DNA from: Malacoraja senta
Taxonomy: Eukaryota
Direction of reading: 5' to 3'
DNA length: 64,000 bases
NCBI GenBank assembly: GCA_038087875.1
Contig: CM075990.1
Span: 248,001-312,000, forward strand
A program made the translations under genes and the position numbers. Shown here in pieces: positions 36,001 to 48,133 of this stretch; the first letter of the stretch is position 1; the number at the start of each line of letters is the position of its first letter. The notes beneath the pieces are model-generated. The model was not told where the DNA came from. It was given only the letters and a program-made list of their open reading frames with translations, and did no database searches.

Positions 36001-37728
36001 TGAAAAATTCTCCCAGGAAACATGCTTAATGTGCAAATCACAATTTGGATTGAACTACATTCAAAACCCTTGAATAAAACTCAGTATAAACAGATCTGAG
36101 GTGATTTGCTTCCATTCATCCCGAAACAGATGTAATGTACCCCCAGATTTTAGTTGTGTCACATTTGATATGTGCACCTGAGAACCAGGCCCACCTACCT
36201 CATTGGTACCTGGTGGATCCCGTTGTCCCCGGGCCCTGGCGGGAAGCCCCACGTTTGACCGTGTTCCCGCTGCAGAATGCCACCTGCGCATCTGCATTAC
36301 CGGCCGACTTGTTCCTGGTCCACACCAATCTGTCCCTCATTTGTAGTGGTACTTTTTTTTTTGGAAACTTGCCGACCGCCGGTGGCTTGATCAAGCCCAC
36401 CGTCTTTGCCTCATCATCCATCTCCTTGACACGCTTGGCGAGGTCCTCTCCGAAGAGTAGGTTGGCCGGCTGTATGTTGCTGGACTGGCAGAGTGCTGCA
36501 AACTTGGGATTAATGGTGGGCCGAATGGCACTTTCCCTGAGACAATTTATCTCAGAATGGGCACTACAAAGCAACCCTAGTACCTCTTGCTGCGTCTCCG
36601 ACAGATGCCCTCCATCCACCGTTCTAGCGAACGCCGTGATTCCTGAGTCAAGTAGTTTCAGGAATCTCTGCAGCTTCATCTCCTGGGCACGCATGCCCAT
36701 GCCCATCTGGCTCCTTATCACCCGGTTCACTGCTGGCACCTTCAGCAACACGCAGTTCCCCGGGTCTCCTGTTTCTTGGCGGTCCAGACTCTGACGGGAC
36801 AGCGAATCGTGCTGCCAGAGATAAGACCTCTGACAACGGCTGTCTTCGCTTGGCTCCAACTCACCGTCAGAGTCGGGGTCAGAACTCAGCTGACCCTCTG
36901 CAGTCGCCTTTTCAATGAAGGTGCTAACAAGCAGCCCTCTATATTATGGAGGCCAGCTCATCTCCCAGTGGCTCTCCATTCTCTGACGGGACAGCGAATA
37001 GTGCTGCCTGAGATGGGACCTCTGACAACGGCCGTCTTCGCTAGGATCGAAGTCACCATCAGAGTCGGGGTCAGAACTCAGCTGACCCTCTGCACTCGCC
37101 TCTCCAATGAGGGTGCTATCAAGCAGCCCTCTACCAGGTACTGCCGGGGCGGCCTCTTCTGCAGCCTGCCGCCCACACGACTCCTCCCCCCGGAGGGTGT
37201 GTTGCTGGAGCAACCCCTGTATGAGGTGCTCCATTTGGAATAACCATTCAAAAACGGTATCCAGCCCCGTACGGGACTCGTCGCGGCCCGACTCAGTTGA
37301 GTCCGAGGGCCTCGCAGACTTTTCCATGGCCTTAAGCCCGACTGGCGTTGGCTCTGTGCTTTGCAGCATCAAGTCTGCAGTCTCCCCGCTCCCGGTCGGC
37401 GACTGTGCAGGGGTACCAGGCAGCCACTCACAGACCGCACTCCCGCGGCTCTCTTTTGCTTTACCTGCGGCTCCCCTCCCCCTGGTCGTCTTGTCCATGG
37501 TGCTTCCTGAAAAAACCCCAACAGAGCACGGCACCACAGCAAAACAACTTCTCACTCCAGCTAAGTTTTCCCACTTAGCTGGAGTTTTTAAAAGTAATTT
37601 AAAACTACTTACCACAGGAGGAGCTCTGTCCTCCCGCTGGTCCGTGCGCCAATGCGTCAGACGTAATGACGCGCATGCACTCTGGCGGGACTTCTTCACG
37701 GAATCACTCACGTGACTCCGAAGTAAAA
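33056..37728 (-). mobile_element. DIRS1-like retrotransposon, second subfamily, more degraded
   Basis: YR, MT, RNase H/RT and gag remnants are collinear with copy 1. ICR at 33283-33387 is complementary to both termini. Confidence 0.93.
36788..37135. repeat. Internal direct duplication (about 155-bp units, about 193 bp apart) in DIRS gag
   Basis: CTCTGACGGGACAGCGAAT...AAGCAGCCCTCTA at about 36789-36941 and 36981-37133. Confidence 0.85.
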
Positions 37729-38160
37729 TCATAGATTCATACAGCATGGAGCCAGGCCCCTCGGCCAACACATCCATGCCGACCAAGCTAGTTCCACTTG
37801 CCCGCAAGGCAAATGCGTTGTACGGCAGCAAATCTACCGCGGCATGGTGGATGCCGTCGGCACTCGTGGATAATCTTCATGCCAAATTACGCCACTACAA
37901 CCTCCCGGCTCAGTCTTCCGCAGCTAGAAATAATGGTGACGTATCGTGCCGTCTTCATGGCGGATCTAGTCCATCGTGGAGAGCTGTCAGAGGAGGTCAA
38001 CAGCCTGATTTTCTGGGCAGGAATTGGAATAAGAGCATGCCGCTGGTGCTCTCCAACATCAGGTGGAAAGCCGGCATTGGCCGCGGTATTGTAAAACCAC
38101 CAGCATTCATTCCGAGCTGACACTTCATGTCCATGTTTTACAAGTCCCATCTGGTGCCTT

Positions 38161-38941
38161 TGTTAATTCTGGCCAGATTGGAGAGGCTAGGACTTTAAAA
38201 TGGGGTAAAAGCATCAGGGCTGCTAGGAGATTTGGTCAAGTTGGAAGTGCTCTCTGCAGAACTGGGACAAGCTGCAGAGTGGTGCCAGTTTGTCTAGGGC
38301 CCAGATCCAAGCTGCAGGAAAAGAATAAGAACATCTGCAGACCCTGTCAATTAGGTGCAAATTCCATAGAATGGATTGGATGACTGCAAACCAGACCTAC
38401 ATCTTGTAAATAATTGTAAATAATGTTGCAGAGTTCTACTTTGCCGAATATTGATAGGATGAGGTATTGAGCCTTGTCTGGTTTTCTTGCAGATCAGGGT
38501 AAATGTTGTAATGTTTGCTTCCTTGAGAAGCCCTGTTTGAATACAATGTATTAGCTGAAGTATTATTGGTTTAGGGAAATATCTGTTATGTATGGGGTTA
38601 ATCGATATCTGTAATTGGATTGTAAAGAGACCCCCCCCCATGTGGTTCGGCCGCTCAAGGTCCCAGGACCTATAATATTCCGCTGCCACGAGGTCCCGCA
38701 TCAATCTTCTAGGAGAGCGCTTAGGACTGCATGACCTTCTGGAGTGTCTCTGTTTGAGTGAGGCCTAGAGGGCTTGAACATGCAGATACGAGGATCGAAT
38801 CCACGGTGGGATAGGTACAGTGGTGGGAAATGTAATTGTGTTTTGTTAAAATAAAGATTAGTTGATCAAGTGCTTGATTCAGTGGTTTTTGACTGAAACT
38901 AGACGGGGGGGGGGGGGGAAGCTTTGAATGAGCAATTTACA
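38161..38941 (+). mobile_element. Solo LTR
   Basis: TGTTAATT...AATTTACA ends; CCTT TSD at 38157-38160 and 38942-38945; TATAAT near 38671 and AATAAA near 38850. It splits Gypsy V-P-Y codons. Confidence 0.82.
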
Positions 38942-39311
38942 CCTTATGGGCCTGAAGCTCAAAGAACAACTCGATCACCTGCAAATTGCCGGTGATACAA
39001 TGCATGTAGTACTCTGAATGGGCAGCTCCGATTGTAGCCATCCTGAAGTCTGAAGGATCCATTCGCATCTGCGGAGACTACAAACTGACTGCTAACCTTC
39101 CTAGAATACTGAACACATATCCACTGCCACAGTTAGAGGACCTGGACGGCAAAGGTAGATAGATTCTTGATTAGTGTAGGTGTCAAGGGTTATGGGGAGA
39201 AGGCAGGAGAATGGGGTTAGGAGGTAGAGATAGATCAGCCACGATTGAATGGCGGAATAGACTTGATGGTCCGATTGGCCTAATTTTACTCCTATCACTT
39301 GTGAACTATCC

Positions 39312-40152
39312 GTGATATCTGGGACATCCGGTGGCACTGTCATGGCTGCCTCCGCCTTCAGTCCGGTATCTTTTTTGTTTTTTGTTATGTTTGAAGTGCG
39401 TTTTGGTTTTTTTTTTTGTCGTTTATGTGGAGGGAAGAGGGTACGGTACGGGGGATACCGTCCTTCAGTCGCTTCCTGGAGAGGATGCGACTATTGTTCG
39501 AGGCGCGTCCTCCCCCCCCCCCGGGATTGGCGCGGCCTTTCCTGCCGGGACCGAATAGAGCTCCAGCAGCGGCAGCGCAGCACTGGATACATTGCGGGGC
39601 GGGCGAAACCTTACCGGGGATCACCGTTTGGAGCTCCGGAGTGTTGGGCCTGCTGCATCGGCATCACGGAGCTGTGGTTCGCAGAGCTCCCAACGCAGGC
39701 GGCGCTGACCAACATCGCGGAGTCCTGCGACCCTTTGTCGGGGTTGCCAGCATGGTTCTCCGCCCAGCTCGGCCTGTGGACTTCAGGAGCTGCGGACCCC
39801 GGTGGGAGGTGGCTGATTTGGAGGTCCGGGCCGCTGAGGATGTTCTCCGTCGGGATTCGACGTCGGGGTTCCATCATTCCCGGCGAGAGGGCCTGAACAT
39901 CGGGCCACCCGTGGCGGTGACTACGGGGTGCTCGGGAGGCCCTGACCACGGGTGAACATCTGGGAAGATCAGCGAGGAGGCTGACTGGACTTTGGTTCCT
40001 TCCCTCACAGTGCGGAACTTTGGTGCCGCTGTGGGGATGTTGTGTCGTGGACTTCTGTGTGCTTTAAAAAAAAAAATTATGACTGTAAGGAGAATCCATT
40101 TGGTTGTCTCTTATGAGACAATGACAATAAATTGAATCCAATCCAATCCAAT
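39312..40152 (+). mobile_element. GC-rich non-autonomous retroposon with a TGACAATAAA + (AATCC)n tail
   Basis: Head and tail resemble 54530-55121 (-). It interrupts the Gypsy RT. Confidence 0.6.
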
Positions 40153-40667
40153 AGGAGGCCGGCAATTTTTGACAATAGACCTGAAACACACTTCCCACCA
40201 GGACAGACTGGATGAAGACCCCTGCGATGTTACAGCAATCAACACATCCTAGGACTGTTTTAATACATGCTGCTACCATTCAGAGTGAGCTCTGCCTCGA
40301 GTATATTTCACAGCCTGATTAATAACTTAGTTAAAGAGATTCCTTATCTCTGTGCATACCTTGATGATATCTTATTATGTCAGAGTCACATCATCTTGAA
40401 ATGCTAAACCAAGTACTTTCTCGCCTAGGAGAAGACGGCTTTACACTCTAGAAGGAAAAGCATTTGCCTTTGGCCACCTCAGTCGATTATCTTGACTTTG
40501 AAGCTGATAGAACAGGCCTCCACCCACAAGGGGAAAAAAAGCGAAAGTCTTAAAGGATGCCCAGTTTCTGCAGAATGTTATACAATCAGGCTTATTCCTA
40601 GAACTAGTCACGCATTAAAACTGGTTCATAAATCAGTCGTCTACAGTGTTAAAGCCTTGATACTGTT

Positions 40668-41037
40668 TGGATTGTCACCTTGTCTTGGTGGAAAAGCTTG
40701 TGTGGTCCTGAGATCCTGAGAGCGATGCCGTCTGGAGCTATGCTCCTGGTAGGGCCACCCATGGCAGTAAGGTCGAGGGGGAGGTCCCTTACAAAGTGCA
40801 ATCCAACCAAGACCTCAACGGTGGAACGGGCGGAGGATGATGGCTGACTTTAGTGGAGCATCACAATGGCTGCGAAGGCAGATGAAGGCTGCGGCAGAAA
40901 ATGGTCCCTAGATCTGTCATGGGCCATGTGGTGGCTATCTGTGCACCAGTCTCCCCACGTTATACAAAGTCATGCAAGGTGTCCTCCATATGAGTACAGT
41001 CATACTCGTTTCGAGTTACCACCGATGATGATGATGA
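40668..41037 (+). mobile_element. RTE-derived short bipartite element
   Basis: The 5' end (CACCTTGTC.TGGTGG...GGTAGGGCCACCCATGGC) resembles RTE/Rex3/BovB 5' UTRs as I recall them. (GAT)n tail; inserted in the Gypsy pol. Confidence 0.6.
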
Positions 41038-41356
41038 ATGTTAACTGCAGAAGAACCAACTCTGGGTGTGGTCAAGAACTGAGAAGAAGGCATTTGAACA
41101 AATAAAAGCCGTCTTGCTGGAGCATTATGTGGCGAAGAAGCCGAGAGTTATGAAGTGTGGTGCCTCGCTATAGGGGGTAAGGGCAATCCTTCCACATCGA
41201 AGGTCTTGTGGAACAGAGATGTCCGATGCTTCTACGTCAAGAACATTGCCGCAGGCAGAGACAAATTGCACACAGCTCAGCAGAGGGAACCCTTGCTGTG
41301 ATGTTTGGCATCAAGCATTTTCACATATATATTTGGATGCCATTTCAAAATCTACA

Positions 41357-41606
41357 CATAGAAACATAGAAACATAGAAAATAGGTGCAGGAGTAGGTCA
41401 TTCGGCCCTTCGAGCCAGCACCGCCATTCAATATGTTCATAGCTGAACATCAAAAATTCAGTACCCCGTTCCTGCTTTTTCCCTATATCCCTTAATTCCG
41501 CTAGCCTTAAATCTAACTCCATCTTGAATACATCCAGTGAATTGGCCTTCACTGCCTTCTGTGGCTGAGAATTCCACAGATTCACAACTCTCTGGGTGAA
41601 AAAGTT
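41357..41606 (-). mobile_element. CR1 3' fragment
   Basis: (CTATGTTT)n tail and FFTQRVVNLWN. Confidence 0.85.
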
Positions 41607-41734
41607 GTGCAAGGACCACAAGCCCATACTGGGTCAGTTGAGAGAAACACGAGGTATCCAGTTAATGGCATCACTGAGAATGCAACAGTGGTCTTTAGCC
41701 TAAGAGGGACACAAAATGCTGGAATAACTCAGAA

Positions 41735-42232
41735 CTAGACAGGATTGTGAAGACCGCCAGCAGGTTTATTGGTGCTCCACTCCCTTTCCTGCTGGACATA
41801 TACAGGAAGAGATGTATCAGTAGAGCCATCTCCATCATCAAAGACCCCTACCACCCATCACATCACATATTCTCCATCCTGCCATCTGGGAAGAGGTACC
41901 GGAGCATTAGGTGCAAAACCAGCAGGATGCTCCTCAGCTTCTCCCCGCAGGTTATAAGACTGATAAACGGACTTTGTCCCCTGCCAAAGTATCGTGCACC
42001 AACCACCAACCTGGACACACTGCAGCAGAGCCACTGTCGTGCCACTGCCGATCGGAACGCCTGTTGATGCTTAGTAGAGTAGAGTGTTAATTTGTTCATG
42101 ATATATGTATTTTTACTTCTATTTATTTTTTACTGCACACTGAAATGGACTCTGGTTGAGGAACATTTTTTTGTTTCCTCTGGGTATGCGAATACTCAGG
42201 AAATGACAATAAAGATATACAATACAATACAA
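41735..42232 (+). mobile_element. Rex1/Babar 3' fragment inside a Penelope foldback
   Basis: IIKDPYHPSH..LPSGKRYRS; TGACAATAAA with a (TACAA)n tail. Confidence 0.8.
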
Positions 42233-42360
42233 CTCAGCGGAACAGGCAGCATCTTTGGAGAGAAGGAATGGGTGATGTTTCAGGTCGAGACCATTCTTCA
42301 GACCCGACCCGAAATATCACCCATTCCTTCTAACCAGAGATGTACCTGTCCCGCTGAGTT

Positions 42361-43031
42361 TGTTGTGGTTCAATTTCTCGTAACAGACAAAAACACAAAG
42401 AAAATCAGTAACCAAGCAGTAAAACCTTTATTTCGTCAGGCGGGTGTGGTAGTGACTCTTACAGTATGTAATATACAGACTATAGGTTCACTCTATCCCC
42501 ACACTAAGGGGCAGTGATTAAGGACATGTATTTATACTCCAATAATCAGCGATTTAGCAATACCTTATCTACAGAGCATTGTACAGCCTCTTGCTTCTTA
42601 AGATTGACAGCTTCTCAAGATTGACAGCTTCTTAAGATTGACAGCTTCTTAAGATTGACAGGTTCTTCCGAGAGAGAGGAAGGGTTAGCCATATATGGTT
42701 ATGATGAGAAAGCTATTTTTCTGCAGAACAAGCATTTTGTTTTTTTCACTAATGACGCACATTATAATCTTATAGAGCAAGGGTAGGAGCCAAGAGTCTG
42801 AATATCCTCTTAATGTATATATTATAGAGATATTCATGAAGTTGTGCTTGTTATCTTGCTTGTGTTTATGGGGAAAAGAACATAAACATTTTTGTTAGCC
42901 TTGTTAGTGTAATAGGAGCAAGGGTAAGCAGTTTCTGCTGGCTTTGCCAATTAATAAGAGAAAGGTAACAGCCTGTCCTTAGTTTCAGCTGATTCCATTT
43001 TTGTAATTTTTAAATCTTTTAAACTTCCTCA
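42361..43031 (-). repeat. ERV 3' LTR
   Basis: Homologous to 47465-48133. Minus-strand TATAAA near 42533 then AATAAA near 42430. PPT AAAGAGGAAGGAA at about 43032-43044. Confidence 0.93.
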
Positions 43032-43094
43032 TTCCTTCCTCTTTATCAGTTTATGATAACACTCACAATCCCCGATCGCAATGGTTCATAATGG

Positions 43095-43350
43095 TCACAA
43101 ACAGTTAACAATAAAAATTAGAGCGATGATTAATAAAATGATAGAGCCATAGTGTAATATAATATTCCAAAGTACATCAAGCCAACTGAATGGCCAGCAT
43201 CTCCCATTTACTTCATTGTACCCTTGCATGTCACTGTCAACCTTATGGATTTTCTCAATTTCTTGGGAAATGTGTGTAGCAAAGTCATTTGTATTAGAGG
43301 ATTCATCAGGGATCTAGGCACAACACTCTTCTTATTATAATACAGGTCCC
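43095..43350 (-). pseudogene. Retroviral env TM remnant
   Basis: Manual translation: GTCIII(frameshift)ECCA*IPDESS...WPFSWLDVLWNIILHYGSIILLIIALIFIVNCL. This gives a CX6CC-like motif and a transmembrane anchor next to the PPT. Confidence 0.78.
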
Positions 43351-44533
43351 TCTTTGTTGATCTTTATGATCAATACTTATTTCATAGTAAGAAAGCTTTT
43401 TAATATACAATAGTTGTAAAACAGTTGACACGATTACGTACAAAGATTATCAAGAATTGAGAATGGCGCTGTCAACTATCTTTATGCAGAGCTTATAAAA
43501 AAATGAAGAGTAATATTTAGAATTCATATGTTTCAGTCTGTTACCATTAACTCTTATACAAATTCCCCCATTAATTGCTTCATGCCATTTATCCATGACT
43601 GTGCGACCTGTAGATTAGTTTTTGGCTTCTTTAAGAGATTAACATTCATAAGTTCAAATGCTACAAGATACCATGAACTAGAAGCATTATGTGTCTGATT
43701 GTAATTTCGTTTTGAATCTGTCCTTGAACTCGTAAGGGGTTATGGCATATACCCAAAATCCTAATCAGATAAAGAAGCTTGTTTACCTTTCAGCAGCTAG
43801 TTCACTGCTTAACACTTCTATAATTGTAGCCCTTCGCCGTTACAGCAGGTAAGCAGGCTGGCATGTTATTCCACCACTGCTGGCAAAGCCACGGAACAAT
43901 GGGCTTTCGGTCTTTATGCAGGGATATGGGGGGAAAAGGCTGAATATAGGTCAATTACTGTAAATATTATTCTGTCGTTATAGATGACAGAATAATATTG
44001 GTATCAGGTACTAGAGGACTATTTTAAATAGCTCTCAGGTCTTAGACAAAACACCATTCATTATGTCTTCCCACTTTAGGGATCGATTACACAGACTTTG
44101 CATTTTCACTAATAGTACTCGTTGCAATAAAGATAATCATGTCAATCATAAAGACGAGAGCTATCCCTTCTTCAGCCTCTGGAGCCAGTCAATATTGTTT
44201 TAATTCATGGCAAGGCAGCTTCCCTTTTTTTATAGTCAGGTTATGTTCAGGGGGTGAATAGACTCATCCCCCTTTTCATAGTGTCCCATTCCTTTCTGAC
44301 CCATGTGATCTTTCCTTCTGTGTCATTTGCAACTTTAAAACATGAACTGTCTGTTTGTCTTTCAGCCATTTTATCATTTGTCCTATATCTTTCGCTGTTG
44401 CTGGAGGTCTAGTAGTTACGATTAAGTGTGACTCAGAAGTGTCTCCCAACTCAAATCGATCTCTTTGGTTTTATTCCTAATCCCAGGATCCTAAAGAACA
44501 AATAAGGGGTCACTGTTAATTGTTCAAGTTTAT

Positions 44534-44941
44534 TCAACCAGGGGGTGACTCGTTCCAAGTATCTGGGATTAAGGAGGCATGTATATAATTCAGTGCAGTG
44601 CGTTCGCTTATGTTCATGGCTGGTTTTAACAAGATACTGTAAATACTGGCCTTTTTTATTTTTGTGTATGGCTTCCTTTTACCTCCAGGAGGACATCCAA
44701 GTTCATACTTCCTCTTCCAGTTTCCAATTATTTTGCAATAAGTTAGGTGTATCCAACAAGGACTATTTTCGACCTTCATGGCTGTACGTGTAGTCAGTAG
44801 TACTGGGAAGGGCTCCTTCCACCGTTCTCCCAATTTCCTCCGATCCCAATTTCTTATCAGTATGTGATCTCCTGGTTGTAAGGATTCACCGTTATGGTCA
44901 GCTGCATTTCTCTGGTTCAGTGGTTTCTGTAAGACTAACAA
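44534..44941 (-). pseudogene. Retroviral integrase C-terminal domain remnant
   Basis: LQPGDHILIR...RWKEPFPVLLTTRTAMKV...WIHLTYCK, a gamma/epsilon-type IN C-terminal domain. Confidence 0.85.
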
Positions 44942-45938
44942 TTGGTCTGATCAATTGCTGTGCATATGTAATTAATTCACACTAAGGTCCTGTTCAGTCT
45001 CAGTCAAGGCTTTACTTAACTCTTTAACTACTTACAAGGCAGTCATTATAAAGAAAAAACAATTTAAAAATTATTCCCAAATCTCATCCGACACCTCAAT
45101 CTTAAATCCACATGGCCAGTGTGCAATTCAGATCTTTGAATTCAGTTCAAAAGGTAAGAAATAGGAATAAATCAAACTTAAAATACCGACAAGGTCACCA
45201 ATCCTATTGCCAGGCTATGCAGTGAACAGTCTCTTTGCTGAGCTACATCCACTGTTTAATAAAAGTTGAGAAGACAGAGAATACACTCTTGTGCTGTTGT
45301 GTTGCTAACCTTGACCAAGCTAGGTTTGCAGAATTATACAACAGAAGCCATATAGTTCTTAAATATAATTTAAGAAAAACAATAAGATAGCTGTCCTGTA
45401 GACAAGATTCATATATAGGCTGTATCAGAGGAAAATGTTATTTGTCAGCCAACCATTTTACATAACCTTGAGTTTATACCACGTGAGATACGGGATTTCA
45501 TTTCCTCATGTAATTACAAAATGTATTCAAACACAGCTAGAAAGATGCTTTGCTAGTGGAGGTCAGTGCTCCACTAACTTTACTGACTAAGACATTTAAA
45601 CAAATCATTCACCAAAAATGTTCATACTTTGTTCGAAGAACGGTTTCAACCCAAAACACACTTTGGACTCTCTCTCTCTCTCTTAGACACAGGTCATTTC
45701 ATTAAAAGCTTCAAAGTCTAAGCTACTTTTCACATTCTCTTCCCTCCTTATCAGCATGCATAAGGAAGTGTATATAGTGTATAAAAGAAAAAAAACACCA
45801 GGTACAAATTTAATATGAAAGTTGGAGGAAGGCATAATTATGTAATAACATTTCTCAGCGCATTGCACTTCATCCCCTTTATTATCCCTGCTAAAATAAA
45901 TTTCAATTGTCGCAAATGCATTTGTCTTGATTTACATT

Positions 45939-46229
45939 TTACACAGAAACCAAATTGAAGCACATTGTTGCTTCATTACAATGCTCAACAATCCTCACAA
46001 CAGAATTAATTAACTTTATATTACATTTTCTGAAAGAGCTATTATGTCTACTACAATCTTTGTTTCTGTGGGGACCAATGTGCAAAATTCGTAATCTGCT
46101 GTTGGGCAATAATATCAGCTGGGAAATTCCCCGGGAGACTTTGTTGTGGCCACTTGTATGGGCATTGCACTTAATAATGGCCAGTTGAACTGGGAGGGTT
46201 AAGGCATGCAGTAGCTGGTGCAGTAGCAA
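45939..46229 (-). pseudogene. Retroviral RNase H C-terminal remnant
   Basis: LLHALTLPVQLAIIKCNAHT...VSRG. Confidence 0.7.
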
Positions 46230-47445
46230 GCGCTGTTTTTAAGTTGCAAAGTCTTCTTCTTGTTGGAGTGAGAGAGTTAGAGAGAGAGTTGCTGCGGTTC
46301 CCTGGCAGAGCTACCAGCAATGTATCCACTGCCAGTAGACATTAACCAAGCCCATAAATGGGATTGGTGCGATTCCCTGTCATTCAGGGTCTTGCCACAC
46401 CTCACACTTGCCCAATTACTCACAGACTTTCCTCCTTCTCTCCACCAGGGAGACAAGCTCTGTTTTTCAAACAGGTCAGAGGAAAGGACGGGTCTTTTAT
46501 TTCAAGTTTGTTTTAAACTGTACCGACTGTTGTCTGCAAAATGTTAAAGTTCTCGGGGCAAAAGTGAGCAGCCTCGATTCTTGCGGGGTATTTAAGGTAC
46601 AGTGCCTCGAAAGCCACCAGCTCCACATCCTGCTTTATCTTTTGCTTCTCTTTCTCTGGTGCTCTGTGTTGTTTAACTCTCTCACTGCTGGATTCATTAC
46701 TGCTCTTCCTCTTCTGCCTTAAGTCCTCTCCCTTCTTCTTCCGCGTCTTCCTTATCAGTTCTTCCTTCTTCTGGGGTTGCCCTTCCCTCTAGGCATACTG
46801 GAGCTCCTTCCTCTTAACGGGATCTTAGTGTCGTAGCTCCTGCTGTTAGTGCCTGGTGGCCAGAGCATGGGGGAGGTGATCTACAGTATTCCCAATTATT
46901 TCTCTCCCCGAATTGGTCCCTCATCCCCCCTCTCTCTGCAAACAAGGTCGCCATGCAGACAAGGGGTCCCTGGGGATATTTTGCTTAGGTTTCCAATTTT
47001 ACATACCAATTGTTTAATATTATGTTGGCCAACCATATTCTCTCTTTTTTAAAATATATTCATTATGTAATCTTTACGTTTTCCTTGATCGAAATAACAC
47101 ATATGCTGTACCGAAGCTCCGACATACCGGAACACCCACATGTACAGAAGCTCCCACATTACTCTTATCCCGAGCCTATCCCATCACTCTGCTCAATATC
47201 GGCTTAATACTTCAGTCAGCCTACTTAGTCTGAGTCAACAATCCCCCAAATTGTCTTACCTTGCGCTGTCTGTTCTGAAAGATCTTGGCAAGGAACCAGA
47301 TCACTTCGGATGAAGGACCACAGTGTTCCCGGGTACTCTCAGTAGTTTGGACTCAAGGGGTCTGATAGTGCATTTTATTTCCCCCTTCGAGATCCCGGCC
47401 AAACTGTAGCCTCCTACCCAGCCTTCAGCGATTGTTTCCGGCAAG

Positions 47446-47463
47446 ACCTGCTCGACAACGCCA
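47446..47463 (-). promoter_or_regulatory. Primer-binding site (tRNA-Ser-like)
   Basis: TGGCGTTGTCGAGCAGGT lies one base inside the 5' LTR and resembles the complement of vertebrate tRNA-Ser 3' ends. Confidence 0.75.
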
Positions 47464-47464
47464 A

Positions 47465-48133
47465 TGTTGTGGTTCAATTTCTCTTAACAGACAAAAACGC
47501 AAATAAAATCAGTAAACAAGCAGTAAAATCTTTATTTCGCCAGGCAGGTGTGGTAGTGAGTCTTACAGTATTTAATATACAGACTATAGGTTCACTCTAT
47601 CCCCACACAAAGGGGCAGTGATTATGTACATATATTTATACTCCAATAATCAGCAATTCAGCAATACCTTAACTACAGAGCATAGTACAGCCTCTTGCTT
47701 CTTAAGATTGACAGCTTCTTCCGAGAGAGAGAGAGGAAGGGTTAGCCATATATGGTTATGATGAGAAGGCTATTTTTCTGTAGAACAAGCATTTCGTTTT
47801 TTAAAAATAATGACGCACATTATAATCTTATAGAGCAATCTTATAGAGCAGAGAGTCTGAATATCTTATAGAGTCTGAATCTTATAGAGCCGAGAGTCTG
47901 AATATCCTCTGAATGTTTATATTATAGAGGAGACATTCATGAAGTTGTGCTTGTTATCTCGCTTGTGTTTCTGGGAAAAAGAACATAAACAGCTTTGTTA
48001 GCCTTGTTAGTGTAATAGGAGCAAGGGTACGCAGTTTCTGCTGGCTTTGCAATTAATAAGAGAAAGGTAACAGCCTGTCTTTAGTTTCAGCTGAATCCAT
48101 TTTTGTAACTTTAAAATCTTTTAAACCTCCTCA
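47465..48133 (-). repeat. ERV 5' LTR
   Basis: TG..CA; 9 mismatches against the other LTR in the first 120 aligned nt. Confidence 0.93.

Larger units (their letters stand above)
42361..48133 (-). mobile_element. Endogenous retrovirus (gamma/epsilon-like), internally deleted provirus
   Basis: Paired LTRs (TG..CA), AGTT TSD, tRNA-Ser-like PBS, PPT, and RNase H, integrase C-terminus and env TM remnants. Confidence 0.9.
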
